From NCBI GenBank assembly GCA_024699645.1, contig JAILPE010000112.1:5385-69384 (forward strand): a stretch of DNA of 64,000 nucleotides, given 5' to 3'. A program made the position numbers and the translations under genes. Shown in pieces: positions 36,309-45,983 of this stretch. The notes under the pieces are model-generated. The model saw only the letters and a program-made list of their open reading frames with translations. It was not told where the DNA came from and made no database searches. How positions within the stretch are numbered: the stretch's first letter is position 1; each line of letters starts with the position of its first letter. The stretch comes from Lachnospiraceae bacterium (GTDB lineage Bacteria > Bacillota > Clostridia > Lachnospirales > Lachnospiraceae).

Positions 36309-38090
36309 TCACGCGATATCGTCGAGCTGAGATGTGTAGAGTCTGTAGTAAGCGCCCTGCTTAGTCATAAGTTCGTCGTGATTGCCAGCTTCGACAATAC
36401 CTCCGTCATCGATATACATGATGAGGTCGCAACCGCGGATCGTCGAGAGACGGTGTGCGATGATGAAGGATGTACGACCTTTGAGCATAGTATCAAGCCC
36501 TTTTTGGAGGGCTTTTTCTGTTTGAACGTCTATGCTTGACGTTGCTTCGTCGAGTATAAGGATCGCGGGATCCGAAAGGAGCGTCCTTGCAAATGAAATG
36601 AGCTGCTTCTGGCCTTGGGAGAGGAGTGAGCCACGTTCTTTGACTTCCGTGTCATAGCCGTTCAGCATATGTCCGATAAATGTGTCGGCACATACCTTTT
36701 CCGATGCTGCTTTTATCTCATCGTCCGTTGCATCGAGCTTTCCGTAACGGATATTGTCTTTGATCGTACCGGAGAAGATAAAGCTGTCCTGAAGCATGAT
36801 ACCCATCTGTGAACGGAGCGATTCGAGAGTGACTTTGTTGATGTCATGGCCGTCGATGAGTACACGCCCGCTGTTTACATTATAAAATCGTGAGATGAGA
36901 TTTACGATCGTGCTCTTTCCGGCACCCGTAGGACCGACGAGGGCAACGCTCATACCGGGATCGATCTTAAACGAAACATGATGAAGTACTTCCTTGTCTT
37001 CTTCATATGAGAACGAGACATCGTCAAATTCAACGCTTCCCTTGATGGGAGGGAGCTCTGTCGTATCGGGAGCATTATCTACCGTGACTTTCTCACCGAG
37101 TGTCTCGAAAATTCTTTCAAGATAAGCCATATTGTTCATGAAGTTGTTGAAGATGTTTCCGAGGTTCATGATCGGCTGCCAGAAACGTGCTGCGTAGGAT
37201 GAGATCGCTATGATAACACCGACTGTCTTGGCACCGGAACCGAAAAGCACCATACCGAAAAGAAAGATGGCAGCGCGGATAAAGACGGAGATTCCGTCGA
37301 TGCCGGGCCAGATAAGGTTGTTGTATGTTACGGCACGCATCCATGTCTTTCTGCAGTCCTGAGAGAGATCCGCAAATATCTCGGCATTTTCCTGTTCGCG
37401 GGCAAAGATCTGCGTTATGCGGGCACCGACTATGTTCTCCTGGAGATAGGCGTTGAGGTTCGAATTTTTGTTTGAAACCATTTGCCATGCCTTGCGCTGC
37501 CTGTTTTTGATGAAGAAAAGGAACGCAGCAAGTACGGGAACACCGCACAGAACGACGATCGACATTTCGACGTCCTCGATGAGCATAAAGATTATGATGA
37601 ACACAAGGTTAATCATCTCGAGGATCGTATTAATAAGGCCGTTTGAGAGCATATCCGAAACCGAATTTACATAGTTTACGACTCGGATGAGGATCTTTCC
37701 GTGAGGGCGTGAATCATAGTAATCAAAGGAAAGCTTTTGCAGATGTGCGAAAAGGTCTTTACGGATATCAAAAATGATGCTCTGCGATACCTTTACCATG
37801 ATGCGCTGCCTGATCGTAACAAAAATGATACTCACAACGAAGGCAACGATCAGGAGGATAACGAGTGTGATCAGGTATTTTACATCGCCGTCGGGGATAG
37901 CGTGATCGAGCGCCTGCTGTGTTATCATGGGCGAGAAAAGAGCTGCGCCTGCGGCAATAGCGCTCATAAGCATCGCGAGAAGCATCTTGGAAAGGTATTT
38001 CTTTATATATTTTGAAGCGAGCAGAATATGCCTCATGTTAAATTCTTCATCGAGGCGCTCATCAACTCTGAATGTGTTCCTTTTTGCCAT
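36309..38090 (-). CDS. ABC exporter, fused permease/ATPase (heterodimer partner)
   Basis: Walker A GPTGAGKST, LSQGQKQ and ILILDEATS. The start MAKRNTF at 38090 is preferred. Confidence 0.9.
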   Translation of the reverse strand: MAKRNTFRVDERLDEEFNMRHILLASKYIKKYLSKMLLAMLMSAIAAGAALFSPMITQQALDHAIPDGDVKYLITLVILLIVAFVVSIIFVTIRQRIMVKVSQSIIFDIRKDLFAHLQKLSFDYYDSRPHGKILIRVVNYVNSVSDMLSNGLINTILEMINLVFIIIFMLIEDVEMSIVVLCGVPVLAAFLFFIKNRQRKAWQMVSNKNSNLNAYLQENIVGARITQIFAREQENAEIFADLSQDCRKTWMRAVTYNNLIWPGIDGISVFIRAAIFLFGMVLFGSGAKTVGVIIAISSYAARFWQPIMNLGNIFNNFMNNMAYLERIFETLGEKVTVDNAPDTTELPPIKGSVEFDDVSFSYEEDKEVLHHVSFKIDPGMSVALVGPTGAGKSTIVNLISRFYNVNSGRVLIDGHDINKVTLESLRSQMGIMLQDSFIFSGTIKDNIRYGKLDATDDEIKAASEKVCADTFIGHMLNGYDTEVKERGSLLSQGQKQLISFARTLLSDPAILILDEATSSIDVQTEKALQKGLDTMLKGRTSFIIAHRLSTIRGCDLIMYIDDGGIVEAGNHDELMTKQGAYYRLYTSQLDDIA

Positions 38091-38211
38091 TTCCTTAAAT
38101 CCTCCTGTCTGCACATTATGTATAGTTACACAGGGATGTGCAGATATATGTTTTTTGTCCTGTTTATACGGTTTAGTTCTAAAATAACGGGTACGAGACC
38201 GGGCCGGTAAT

Positions 38212-40014
38212 TCAGCCTGTTATGCTCCTGAGCTCCAGGCCTGTCTGGAGCGAAACAAGATTTGCATAGTAGCCGCCCTTGGCGCAAAGCTCCTTGTGCG
38301 TGCCTTCTTCGATTATGCGGCCGCCGCCCATAACGAATATCTTATCGCAGTATTTAGTTGTCGAGATCCTCTGCGCGATGATGATCTTTGTACAGTTAAA
38401 GTCAAGCTCACTGAGTGAGTCGCGTATGTGTTTTTCGGTCTCCATGTCAACTGCAGAGGTCGTATCGTCGAGAATAAGGATCGAAGGCTTGATTGCAAGA
38501 GCGCGGGCAAGCGAGATCCTCTGCTTTTGGCCACCCGAAAGACCGACGCCGCGTTCTCCGACGATCGTGTCGTAGCCTTCGGGCATTTTGTCGATGAATT
38601 CCTGAGCTGCCGAGTATTTTGCGTATTTAACAACCTCATCCTGGGAAAGTGAGCTGTCGCCGTATGCGATATTGCCCTCGATCGTATCGGAATAGAGGAG
38701 AACGTCTTGAGTCGCAAGACCGATATTGTGTCTGAGGTCCGTGAGTTCGTAGTCTTTAACGTCTATGCCGTCAATCTTTACGATTCCGTTCTCGGGATCA
38801 TAAAAACGCGGTATCATATGAATTAGAGAAGTCTTTCCGCATCCTGTTTCACCGATTATTGCGACGGTCTGCCCGGGCTCGATCTTAAGATTAATATCGC
38901 GGAGCACAGGAACGGAACCGCCTTCGTATCCGAACGAAACGTGATCGAATTCGATGAGACCTTTGAAGCGATCGGGATGCTTAACGGCATCAGGCTTTGA
39001 AACAATACCGGCCTGAGAATTGTAGATCTCCATAACCTTCTTTGAAGCAGCGGCGAAACGCTGGAATTCGTTCATGATGTTGCCGAGCTGTCTCATGGGG
39101 TTGGCAACAGCCCAGATGAGCATTGAGAAGGAAACATATTCGGGGATCCCTATCCTTCCGTTTATGATGAAAAGTCCGCCCGCAAGCAGAAGTATAACGG
39201 GAAGAAGGTTGGCAAATGTTTCTATCACAGGGAAATATTTGAGCCATGTGCGTTGTGTGTCCATATTTGCTTCGGCATAGCTCGTGTTCGAACGGTTGAA
39301 TTTCTCTTTTTCGTATTCTTCACGGGCGAATGCTTTAACAACACGGTTACCGGAAATGTTTTCCTGTGCGTCAGTATTAAGGCCCGAAAGCTTGTCACGA
39401 AGTATACGGTGCTTCTCGGCAGAAGCATGCTTGAACTTCAGGATAACAAGGAATAAAAGTGGTGTGATAGATAGTATACAAAGGGCGAGCAGCCAGTCCA
39501 TTATAAAGAAATATATCGCCGTCGCAACAAAGAGAGCGAAGCTGTCGACTACGGATTTGATGACCCAGGCAACGTTGTGCCGAACGGCATCAAGATCACC
39601 CGTGAGGCGTGTCATAAGGTCGCCGGTACGGTACTCGTTATAGAAGTTCATATCCTGATGCTCGATCTTGTCAAAGAGAAAATTTCTGAGCTTATAGAGA
39701 GTATGCTGTGAAACATATTCATAAGCCATGCACGTAAAATAGACGATCGTGATCCTGACGAGAGTCAGGCCGACCATAAGTACAAGATTAAGAATGAATT
39801 CGTCAAGTTTTTCGGACAGGGGAGTCCCTGTTCTCGCGGCTTCCTGAAAAAGGGAAACGATCTCTCCCGAAAAATACGGAACAATAAGCTGCATTATGTT
39901 ATATACAACAGTCATCAGTATTGCGATGACGTACATAACACGGTGTCCCTGCATATTGCCCCAAAGCCATCTCATCCATGACTTTTTGCCCGGAGTTTTT
40001 ACATTATCATCCAT
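38212..40014 (-). CDS. ABC exporter, fused permease/ATPase (heterodimer partner)
   Basis: Walker A GETGCGKTS, LSGGQKQR and ILILDDTTS. RBS AAAGGAG lies upstream. Confidence 0.9.
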   Translation of the reverse strand: MDDNVKTPGKKSWMRWLWGNMQGHRVMYVIAILMTVVYNIMQLIVPYFSGEIVSLFQEAARTGTPLSEKLDEFILNLVLMVGLTLVRITIVYFTCMAYEYVSQHTLYKLRNFLFDKIEHQDMNFYNEYRTGDLMTRLTGDLDAVRHNVAWVIKSVVDSFALFVATAIYFFIMDWLLALCILSITPLLFLVILKFKHASAEKHRILRDKLSGLNTDAQENISGNRVVKAFAREEYEKEKFNRSNTSYAEANMDTQRTWLKYFPVIETFANLLPVILLLAGGLFIINGRIGIPEYVSFSMLIWAVANPMRQLGNIMNEFQRFAAASKKVMEIYNSQAGIVSKPDAVKHPDRFKGLIEFDHVSFGYEGGSVPVLRDINLKIEPGQTVAIIGETGCGKTSLIHMIPRFYDPENGIVKIDGIDVKDYELTDLRHNIGLATQDVLLYSDTIEGNIAYGDSSLSQDEVVKYAKYSAAQEFIDKMPEGYDTIVGERGVGLSGGQKQRISLARALAIKPSILILDDTTSAVDMETEKHIRDSLSELDFNCTKIIIAQRISTTKYCDKIFVMGGGRIIEEGTHKELCAKGGYYANLVSLQTGLELRSITG

Positions 40015-40028
40015 CTTTATATGGGCTC

Positions 40029-40125
40029 CTTTATCGTATGCCTTGATACAGTATCATTATAGGCTGCTTTATCATATGCCTTGATACAGTATCATTTTAG
40101 GCAGCTTTATCATTATCATATTCCT
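40029..40125. repeat. Tandem repeat, 38-bp period, about 2.6 copies, in the 5' leader/promoter region of the ABC exporter operon
   Basis: CTTTATC(G/A)TATGCCTTGATACAGTATCATT(A/T)TAGGC starts at 40029, 40067 and 40105. The minus-strand copy nearest the gene carries the RBS AAAGGAG. Confidence 0.95.
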
Positions 40126-40317
40126 GATATTTTACTATAAGTATACTAATTCTGCGAGTGTTCGCAGACAATCCATTTTTTGCGAAAAACCTCTCCATCT
40201 TTTGTCCAAAATATTAGATTGCTTTACTCGTGAGTTACGTGATAAAATGATAACAGTTCCCGCCGCGAGGACAGAAAGGCGGGATGTGGTCAAGAAACTA
40301 TATAAGGAGGTTTTACA

Positions 40318-40692
40318 ATGGAACAGAAGTTTTACAGATGCGAACATTGCGGAAACATCATCGCTATGGTTAAGAATTCGGGGGTACCCGTTGTGTGTTG
40401 CGGCGAAAAAATGAAGGAGATCGTTCCCGGCACGGTTGACGCTTCTCTTGAAAAGCATGTACCCAAGTATGAGATCAAAGACAATATCGTTTATGTTACG
40501 GTTGGTGCGGTAGAGCATCCCATGGGCGAAGATCATCTGATCGAGTGGATATCGATCCAGACAAGCGCAGGAAATCAGCGCAAGGTATTAAAGGCAGGCG
40601 GCGCTCCCAAGGCTTGCTTCGCTATCTGCGAGGGTGAGAAGGTTGAGGCGGTTTACGCGTACTGCAATCTTCACGGACTTTGGAAGGCATGA
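40318..40692 (+). CDS. dfx: Desulfoferrodoxin (2Fe superoxide reductase)
   Basis: N-terminal desulforedoxin Cys4 (CEHCGN...CCGE). C-terminal SOR site (EKHVP, EHPM, CNLHGLW). Confidence 0.9.
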   Translation: MEQKFYRCEHCGNIIAMVKNSGVPVVCCGEKMKEIVPGTVDASLEKHVPKYEIKDNIVYVTVGAVEHPMGEDHLIEWISIQTSAGNQRKVLKAGGAPKACFAICEGEKVEAVYAYCNLHGLWKA

Positions 40693-40749
40693 ATGACCGA
40701 ACGGTTCACGGTTTGAGCGGTGCTTTTGAAGGCATGAATGACCGAAGGT
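40670..40749. repeat. Direct duplication (period 35-45 bp with an indel) spanning the dfx stop codon
   Basis: GAAGGCATGAATGACCGAA occurs at 40683-40701 and again, identical, at 40728-40746. TTCACGG occurs at 40670 and 40705. Confidence 0.9.
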
Positions 40750-40772
40750 ACCGAATTTTACACAAAAATAAC

Positions 40773-40810
40773 AACAGCCGGGTGTTTACTGCATCCGGCT
40801 GTTATATTTG
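40773..40810 (+). terminator. Hairpin terminator after dfx
   Basis: AACAGCCGG (40773-40781) pairs with CCGGCTGTT (40795-40803). The T-tract is weak. Confidence 0.5.
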
Positions 40811-40884
40811 GTCATACATGGCAAAGCTCATCCGAAACGAATACTATAAGGCGTGCGGATATTTGCCGTTTTCCAAATAAATAG

Positions 40885-40940
40885 AAGAGAAAGTCCGACA
40901 ACATTAGGGATCGGCTTTTTCTCTTCCGTTGTTTTTCTTT
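40885..40940 (+). terminator. Second, imperfect hairpin plus T-run with no annotated gene in front of it
   Basis: GAAGAGAA..CCGA (40885-40898) pairs with TCGG..TTCTCTTC (40911-40926), followed by CGTTGTTTTTCTTTATTTT. Confidence 0.4.
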
Positions 40941-41030
40941 ATTTTAGCCGTCGATTATGTTAGATTTATGACAGAAAAAAGAAAGTTTGAAGTCATTTTG
41001 CCTTAAATCACGGAATGGATAAACATTGAT

Positions 41031-42227
41031 ATGAATAAAGTGATATACCTTGATAATGCTGCAACTACGCGGATCTGCGATGAAGCGCTCGAAGAGATGA
41101 TGCCCTTTTTGAAAGAGGAATTTGCGTCACCTTTAGGGCAATATTCTTCCGGGTTTAATTCAAATGCTGCTTTGGTGACTGCCGGTAAACGGGCGGCAGG
41201 GCTTATAGGCGCCGACCGTAGCGAGATCATATTTACTTCTTCGGGTACGGAAAGTGACAATCTCTTCATCCGCGGCTCGGTGCTTGCACATTTGAGGAAA
41301 CAGGAAAACAGGTTCGGTTCGGACGAAGAAACTGTGATCGTAACCTCCGTTACGGAACATGCTGCGGTGCTTAAAACTTGTGAGGACCTCGCTCTTACAT
41401 ATGATAAGATAAGACTGATAAAGGTGCCTGTTGACAGTGAAGGAAAGATCGATATGAACGCCTATACGTCGGCTCTCAAAAATCAACCTTTCCTTGTCAG
41501 TATCATGCAGGTGAACAATGAAACGGGCGCTGTAAATGACATAGGCATGCTCTGTGATATGGCACACCGCGTGGGGGCACTTTTTCATACGGATGCCGTG
41601 CAGTCAGTTCCGCATATGCGCGTTGACGTCAAGAGTCTCGGGGTTGACGGACTTTCTGTTTCGGGACACAAGCTTCACGGTCCCAAAGGGTCCGGATTTC
41701 TATACATAAAGAGAGGGATAAAGGTGCTTCCGATCATCACGGGTGGCGGTCAGGAGAGAGGAATGAGATCGGGAACGCCCGATGTGAGCGGTATCGTAGG
41801 ACTCGGAAAGGCGTGTGAGGTATTGTCGGTCAGTGGGTACGCAGACGATGCCGCTGCCGAAGCGGCGAGGGTGTTCGAAAAGAAGATCCGTGAACTTATG
41901 CCGTTTGCAATGGTAAACAGACCCGGTCAACTCTATGTCAGCGAGATAGTTTCGGTAAGTATCCCGGGGGGAGATTCGCTTTCGTTCCTGCCCGATCTTG
42001 ATATGGCCGGAATATGCTGCTCGGCGGGCGCTGCCTGCAGTGCCGGTAAAGAGGGCGTTTCACACGTGCTTAAAGCTATGGGGATGAATGACGGAACGGC
42101 AAAAGGGACTCTGAGGTTTTCTTTTTCGCGTTACAATACATGTGAAGAGGCCGCTGAGGCTGCGGAACGTGTATGCAAAGTAATAACTGAGAATCTCCGC
42201 CGTCACGGACTAAAGAATGAACAATGA
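41031..42227 (+). CDS. Cysteine desulfurase (NifS/IscS class V aminotransferase)
   Basis: YLDNAATT, PLP lysine SGHKLHGPKG and active-site loop CSAGAACS. Confidence 0.9.
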   Translation: MNKVIYLDNAATTRICDEALEEMMPFLKEEFASPLGQYSSGFNSNAALVTAGKRAAGLIGADRSEIIFTSSGTESDNLFIRGSVLAHLRKQENRFGSDEETVIVTSVTEHAAVLKTCEDLALTYDKIRLIKVPVDSEGKIDMNAYTSALKNQPFLVSIMQVNNETGAVNDIGMLCDMAHRVGALFHTDAVQSVPHMRVDVKSLGVDGLSVSGHKLHGPKGSGFLYIKRGIKVLPIITGGGQERGMRSGTPDVSGIVGLGKACEVLSVSGYADDAAAEAARVFEKKIRELMPFAMVNRPGQLYVSEIVSVSIPGGDSLSFLPDLDMAGICCSAGAACSAGKEGVSHVLKAMGMNDGTAKGTLRFSFSRYNTCEEAAEAAERVCKVITENLRRHGLKNEQ

Positions 42228-42290
42228 ATCTGCACCGTCACGGACTAAGGAATGAACAATGAACTTCCGTCGTCACGGATTGTAGGGAGT
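42195..42290. repeat. Tandem repeat, 35-bp period, about 2.6 copies, spanning the cysteine desulfurase stop codon
   Basis: CCGTCACGGACTAA(A/G)GAATGAACAATGAA occurs at 42200-42228 and 42235-42263. A degenerate third copy starts at 42270. Confidence 0.95.
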
Positions 42291-42333
42291 TGTTTTGGGA
42301 AAATATGAACAAATATTAATGTGAGGTAGAGGT

Positions 42334-43185
42334 ATGATCTTGTATGATTGCCATATGCATTCGGACTTCTCGTCCGACTGCAAGGCGTTGATGGAAGAAC
42401 AGGCTGCTTCGGCGGCGGAAAAAGGACTTAAGGGAATATGTTTCACGGATCACATGGATCTGGAATATCCGAACACGAAGGAATTCGGCATGGACTTCCT
42501 GTTCGATATGGATGAGGATTATTCCCGTATAGATAAGGTCAGAAAAGAATACGGGATAAGGATAGGCAAGGGGATAGAAATAGGTCTCAGAAACGAGCAG
42601 GGTGTTTCGGAGAGAGTTACGAACGGCTATAAGGAACTTCTCAAAAGAGATGATATCGATTTTGTTGTCGGTGCGACTCACTGTCTTGACATGATAGATC
42701 CGTATCTTGCGGACTACTGGCAGGGAATGAGCGTAAAGGATTCCCTCAGAAGGTATTTTATCGCGATACTTGAAAATGTGAGAAACAATCCGTATATAGA
42801 CACACTCGCCCATATCGATTATCTTGTGAGATACGCACGCATCCCGGGGGGAGACCCTGACAAGTATGATGGCCGGGATCTTTACATAGACGGTGAAAAC
42901 GGCGATATCATCGACGAAATCCTCAGATTTATCAAAGAGAACGGCATCGCACTCGAGATAAACACAGCCGGCCTTAAGTACGGGCTCGGCTATGCTCACC
43001 CGAAGGATTGGATACTAAAGCGTTACAGGGACATGGGCGGTGAGCTCATAACGATCGGAAGTGACGCCCATAAACCCGAACACGTCGCATATGCGTTTAA
43101 AGAAACGGTCGAAAAGCTCGTTGCGCTCGGATTTAAGGAATATGCCGTATTCGAAAAGAGAAAGCCTGTCTTTTATAAGCTGTGA
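42334..43185 (+). CDS. PHP-family histidinol-phosphatase-like hydrolase
   Basis: YDCHMHSDFSSD, the later THC... segment, and the SDAH motif near the C-terminus. Confidence 0.8.
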   Translation: MILYDCHMHSDFSSDCKALMEEQAASAAEKGLKGICFTDHMDLEYPNTKEFGMDFLFDMDEDYSRIDKVRKEYGIRIGKGIEIGLRNEQGVSERVTNGYKELLKRDDIDFVVGATHCLDMIDPYLADYWQGMSVKDSLRRYFIAILENVRNNPYIDTLAHIDYLVRYARIPGGDPDKYDGRDLYIDGENGDIIDEILRFIKENGIALEINTAGLKYGLGYAHPKDWILKRYRDMGGELITIGSDAHKPEHVAYAFKETVEKLVALGFKEYAVFEKRKPVFYKL

Positions 43186-43202
43186 TAACGCTTATATGGA
43201 AG

Positions 43203-43267
43203 GCGCGGGCAGCGGACGAAATGCCCGGCTGAATCATCCGGCTGCGGGCAGCGGACGGAATACTCGG
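43203..43267. repeat. Direct duplication, period 39 bp, in the PHP/rqcH intergenic region
   Basis: GCGGGCAGCGGACGAAAT (43205-43222) and GCGGGCAGCGGACGGAAT (43244-43261). Confidence 0.85.
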
Positions 43268-43285
43268 AAAGGAAAGCAACAGTAA

Positions 43286-45061
43286 ATGGCATTTGACGGA
43301 CTTATAATAGCGGATCTTGTCGGCGAACTGAGGAAGAAGACAGTCGGTGGCAGGATCACGAGGATAGTTCAGCCCGAACCGGACGAACTCCTTATTACGA
43401 TAAAGACACAGGATACTTTGAGGCTGCTTATGTCGGCGGACGCGAGCCTGCCGCTTCTGTATCTGACGGAAGCGAAGAAAGAGGCACCCGACAAGTCACC
43501 TGCTTTTTGTATGCTGCTTCGAAAATATATAATGGGCGGAAAGATAAAGGATATTATTCAGCCCGAGAATGAAAGAGTTGTCTATATAGACATTGAACAC
43601 TACGATGAACTCGGTGATCTTCGTGTGCGAAGGCTCATCATAGAGATCATGGGCAAGCACAGCAATATCATCCTGTGTGATGACGATGGGATAATTATTG
43701 ACAGCATAAAACGTATTCCGGCCACAGTCAGTTCTGTGAGGGAAGTGCTCTCGGGACGCCCTTATTTTATAGCAAAAACAACCCAAAAGCTCGATCCGAC
43801 GGTTACTTCGGCCGAAGAATTTGTGAGTAAGGTCAAAAGCGTTGCGGGACCACTCATGAAAGCCGTATACATGTCGTTTAACGGAATAAGTCCCCTGATG
43901 GCAAACGAATTAATATACCGGGCCGGCCTTGACGGGGATATACCTGCGGCTGATCAGAGCCCGGAAGGACTTGAAAAGCTTGCGGGAGTTTTCGTGGCAT
44001 GCATGGAAGATCTAAAATGCGGTCGTTTTTCAACATGTGAGGTGTTAAAGGACAATACGCCTTATGAGTATGCGGCTTTCAGACTCACAAGCCTCGAGAA
44101 CCTGAACGGTATGAAGCTTATTGAGGCGGATTCGCCGAGTGCTCTGCTTGAGAGCTTCTATATGGAAAAGAATCTTGCGGAGAGGATACGCCAGCGTTCG
44201 GCAGCTCTCAGGCACAGCGTGTCCGTTGTCAAAGAGAGGATCGTGAAGAAGTATGAGCTTCAGCTCGGGCAGCTGAGGGACACCGAAAAGAGAGAGACCT
44301 TCAGGCTTTACGGTGAACTTCTTTGCGCCTATGCCCACGAGATAAGAGTTCCCGGCAAGAGTGTGACCGTAACGGATTACAATACAGGCGAAGAAATAAC
44401 GATCCCTATGAACGAAGAACTTTCGACCATCGATAATTCCAAGGCTTATTATGACAAGTACAGAAAGATGAAACGTACTTACGACGCACTTACGGGATAC
44501 ATAGAGAAGACAAAGGAAGATCTTGATCATATAGGATCCGTTGCACTTGAACTCGATTTGGCGACAGGTGAAGACGATCTTCTTGTGATCAGACGCGAGC
44601 TTGAGGAAGCCGGTTATGTGAGACCGACACGTACCGAGGGGAAGGGTAAAAAAAGACCAAAAAAGGAAGAGTCAGCCCCTCTTCACTACGTTACACCCGA
44701 CGGCTTTCATATTTATGTGGGTAAAAACAATTATCAGAATGATGAGCTCACATTTAAGTTTGCAAACGGCAATGACTGGTGGTTCCATCTGAAAGGTGCT
44801 CCCGGATCGCACGTTATCCTCAAGAGTGAGGGCCGCGAAGTCTCCGACAGTGCTATGGAGCAGGCGGCGGCAGTAGCGGCTTATTATTCAAGCGGAAGGG
44901 AAAATGCAAAGGCTGAAGTAGACTACCTTGAGCGCCGCAACGTCAAAAAACCGGGTGGTGCGCGCCCGGGCTTTGTGGTATACTATACTAATTATTCGAT
45001 GGTCGTAAGGCCGTCTGCCGATCTTGAAAGGATAATGGATAATGGTAGAAAAACTGATTAA
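43286..45061 (+). CDS. rqcH: RqcH (NFACT-family ribosome quality control protein; FbpA-like)
   Basis: NFACT-N N-terminus MAFDGLIIADLVGELRK...RITRIVQP, a coiled-coil middle region, and NFACT-R DWWFHLKGAPGSHVIL. Confidence 0.85.
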   Translation: MAFDGLIIADLVGELRKKTVGGRITRIVQPEPDELLITIKTQDTLRLLMSADASLPLLYLTEAKKEAPDKSPAFCMLLRKYIMGGKIKDIIQPENERVVYIDIEHYDELGDLRVRRLIIEIMGKHSNIILCDDDGIIIDSIKRIPATVSSVREVLSGRPYFIAKTTQKLDPTVTSAEEFVSKVKSVAGPLMKAVYMSFNGISPLMANELIYRAGLDGDIPAADQSPEGLEKLAGVFVACMEDLKCGRFSTCEVLKDNTPYEYAAFRLTSLENLNGMKLIEADSPSALLESFYMEKNLAERIRQRSAALRHSVSVVKERIVKKYELQLGQLRDTEKRETFRLYGELLCAYAHEIRVPGKSVTVTDYNTGEEITIPMNEELSTIDNSKAYYDKYRKMKRTYDALTGYIEKTKEDLDHIGSVALELDLATGEDDLLVIRRELEEAGYVRPTRTEGKGKKRPKKEESAPLHYVTPDGFHIYVGKNNYQNDELTFKFANGNDWWFHLKGAPGSHVILKSEGREVSDSAMEQAAAVAAYYSSGRENAKAEVDYLERRNVKKPGGARPGFVVYYTNYSMVVRPSADLERIMDNGRKTD

Positions 45062-45974
45062 AAAATGGGAAAAACATGCAATACCCGGATTTATGAGATA
45101 TATAGTGATACTTTATGCGGCAGGTTTTCTGCTTGGTATGATAAATCCCGTGTTTTATTATGAATGGCTCATGCTTGATTTTGACAAGGTGTTTGAGGGT
45201 CAGGTATGGAGACTTGTTACTTTTATCATTCAGCCGATAAACCAATCGAACATATTCATTGAAGCTATCATGCTTTTTGTTTATTACTCCATAGGAACAA
45301 GCATAGAAAGGATCAGGGGAACCGCAAGATTCAATCTCTTTTATTTTAACGGAGTGATCATTAACATTATCTGTCAGGCACTTTTTTACGGGGTTGCAAA
45401 CCTTTTGCATGAAACACGTGACGCCCTGCCGTTATTTGACTATCCCGCAGTTTCACTCAGCTATTTTAACATGACGCTGTTCCTTGCGCTGGCGATCATG
45501 CTTCCCGATATGACATTTCTTCTTATGTTCTTTATTCCCGTCAAGGCAAAGTATTTTGTTTTCATATATGTGATTGAATTCGGGATCGAACTATATTACT
45601 CTTTCAGAATGGGGTGGTTCAGCGGAGTATGTACTCTTGTTATGATACTTGCGGCCGTATTTAATATGCTTCTTTTCTACAGACCGTGGGGAAGCTCGAT
45701 CCCCGGGCAGAGAAAGCGCCGCAAGGAATTTGAAAGGGTATTTATGAGCGGTATGCAGTACAGACCGACGGGTAACTCCGGCAATGCTCAGCAAAGCAAC
45801 GGCAGCGGCAATGTTTATCCTTTCCCCGGCAATAATATCACAAGACATAAATGTGCCGTTTGCGGCAGAACCGAAAAAGACGGCGATGATCTTGAATTCA
45901 GATTTTGCTCGAAGTGCAACGGAAATTACGAGTACTGTCAGGATCATATTAACAACCACACGCATATCGAATGA
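45042..45974 (+). CDS. Polytopic membrane protein, rhomboid-like (no catalytic Ser/His seen), with a C-terminal Cys-rich zinc ribbon
   Basis: GQVWRLVTFIIQP resembles the rhomboid TM2 WR motif. The C-terminus is HKCAVCGR...FCSKCNGNYEYCQDH. Its start overlaps the rqcH end by 20 nt. Confidence 0.45.
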   Translation: MVEKLIKKWEKHAIPGFMRYIVILYAAGFLLGMINPVFYYEWLMLDFDKVFEGQVWRLVTFIIQPINQSNIFIEAIMLFVYYSIGTSIERIRGTARFNLFYFNGVIINIICQALFYGVANLLHETRDALPLFDYPAVSLSYFNMTLFLALAIMLPDMTFLLMFFIPVKAKYFVFIYVIEFGIELYYSFRMGWFSGVCTLVMILAAVFNMLLFYRPWGSSIPGQRKRRKEFERVFMSGMQYRPTGNSGNAQQSNGSGNVYPFPGNNITRHKCAVCGRTEKDGDDLEFRFCSKCNGNYEYCQDHINNHTHIE

Positions 45975-45983
45975 GGCTTATAG

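Noticed and set aside
40680-40880. 66-aa ORF after dfx
   Set aside because: It is created by the stop-spanning duplication (MNDR appears twice) and crosses a terminator hairpin. It has no RBS.
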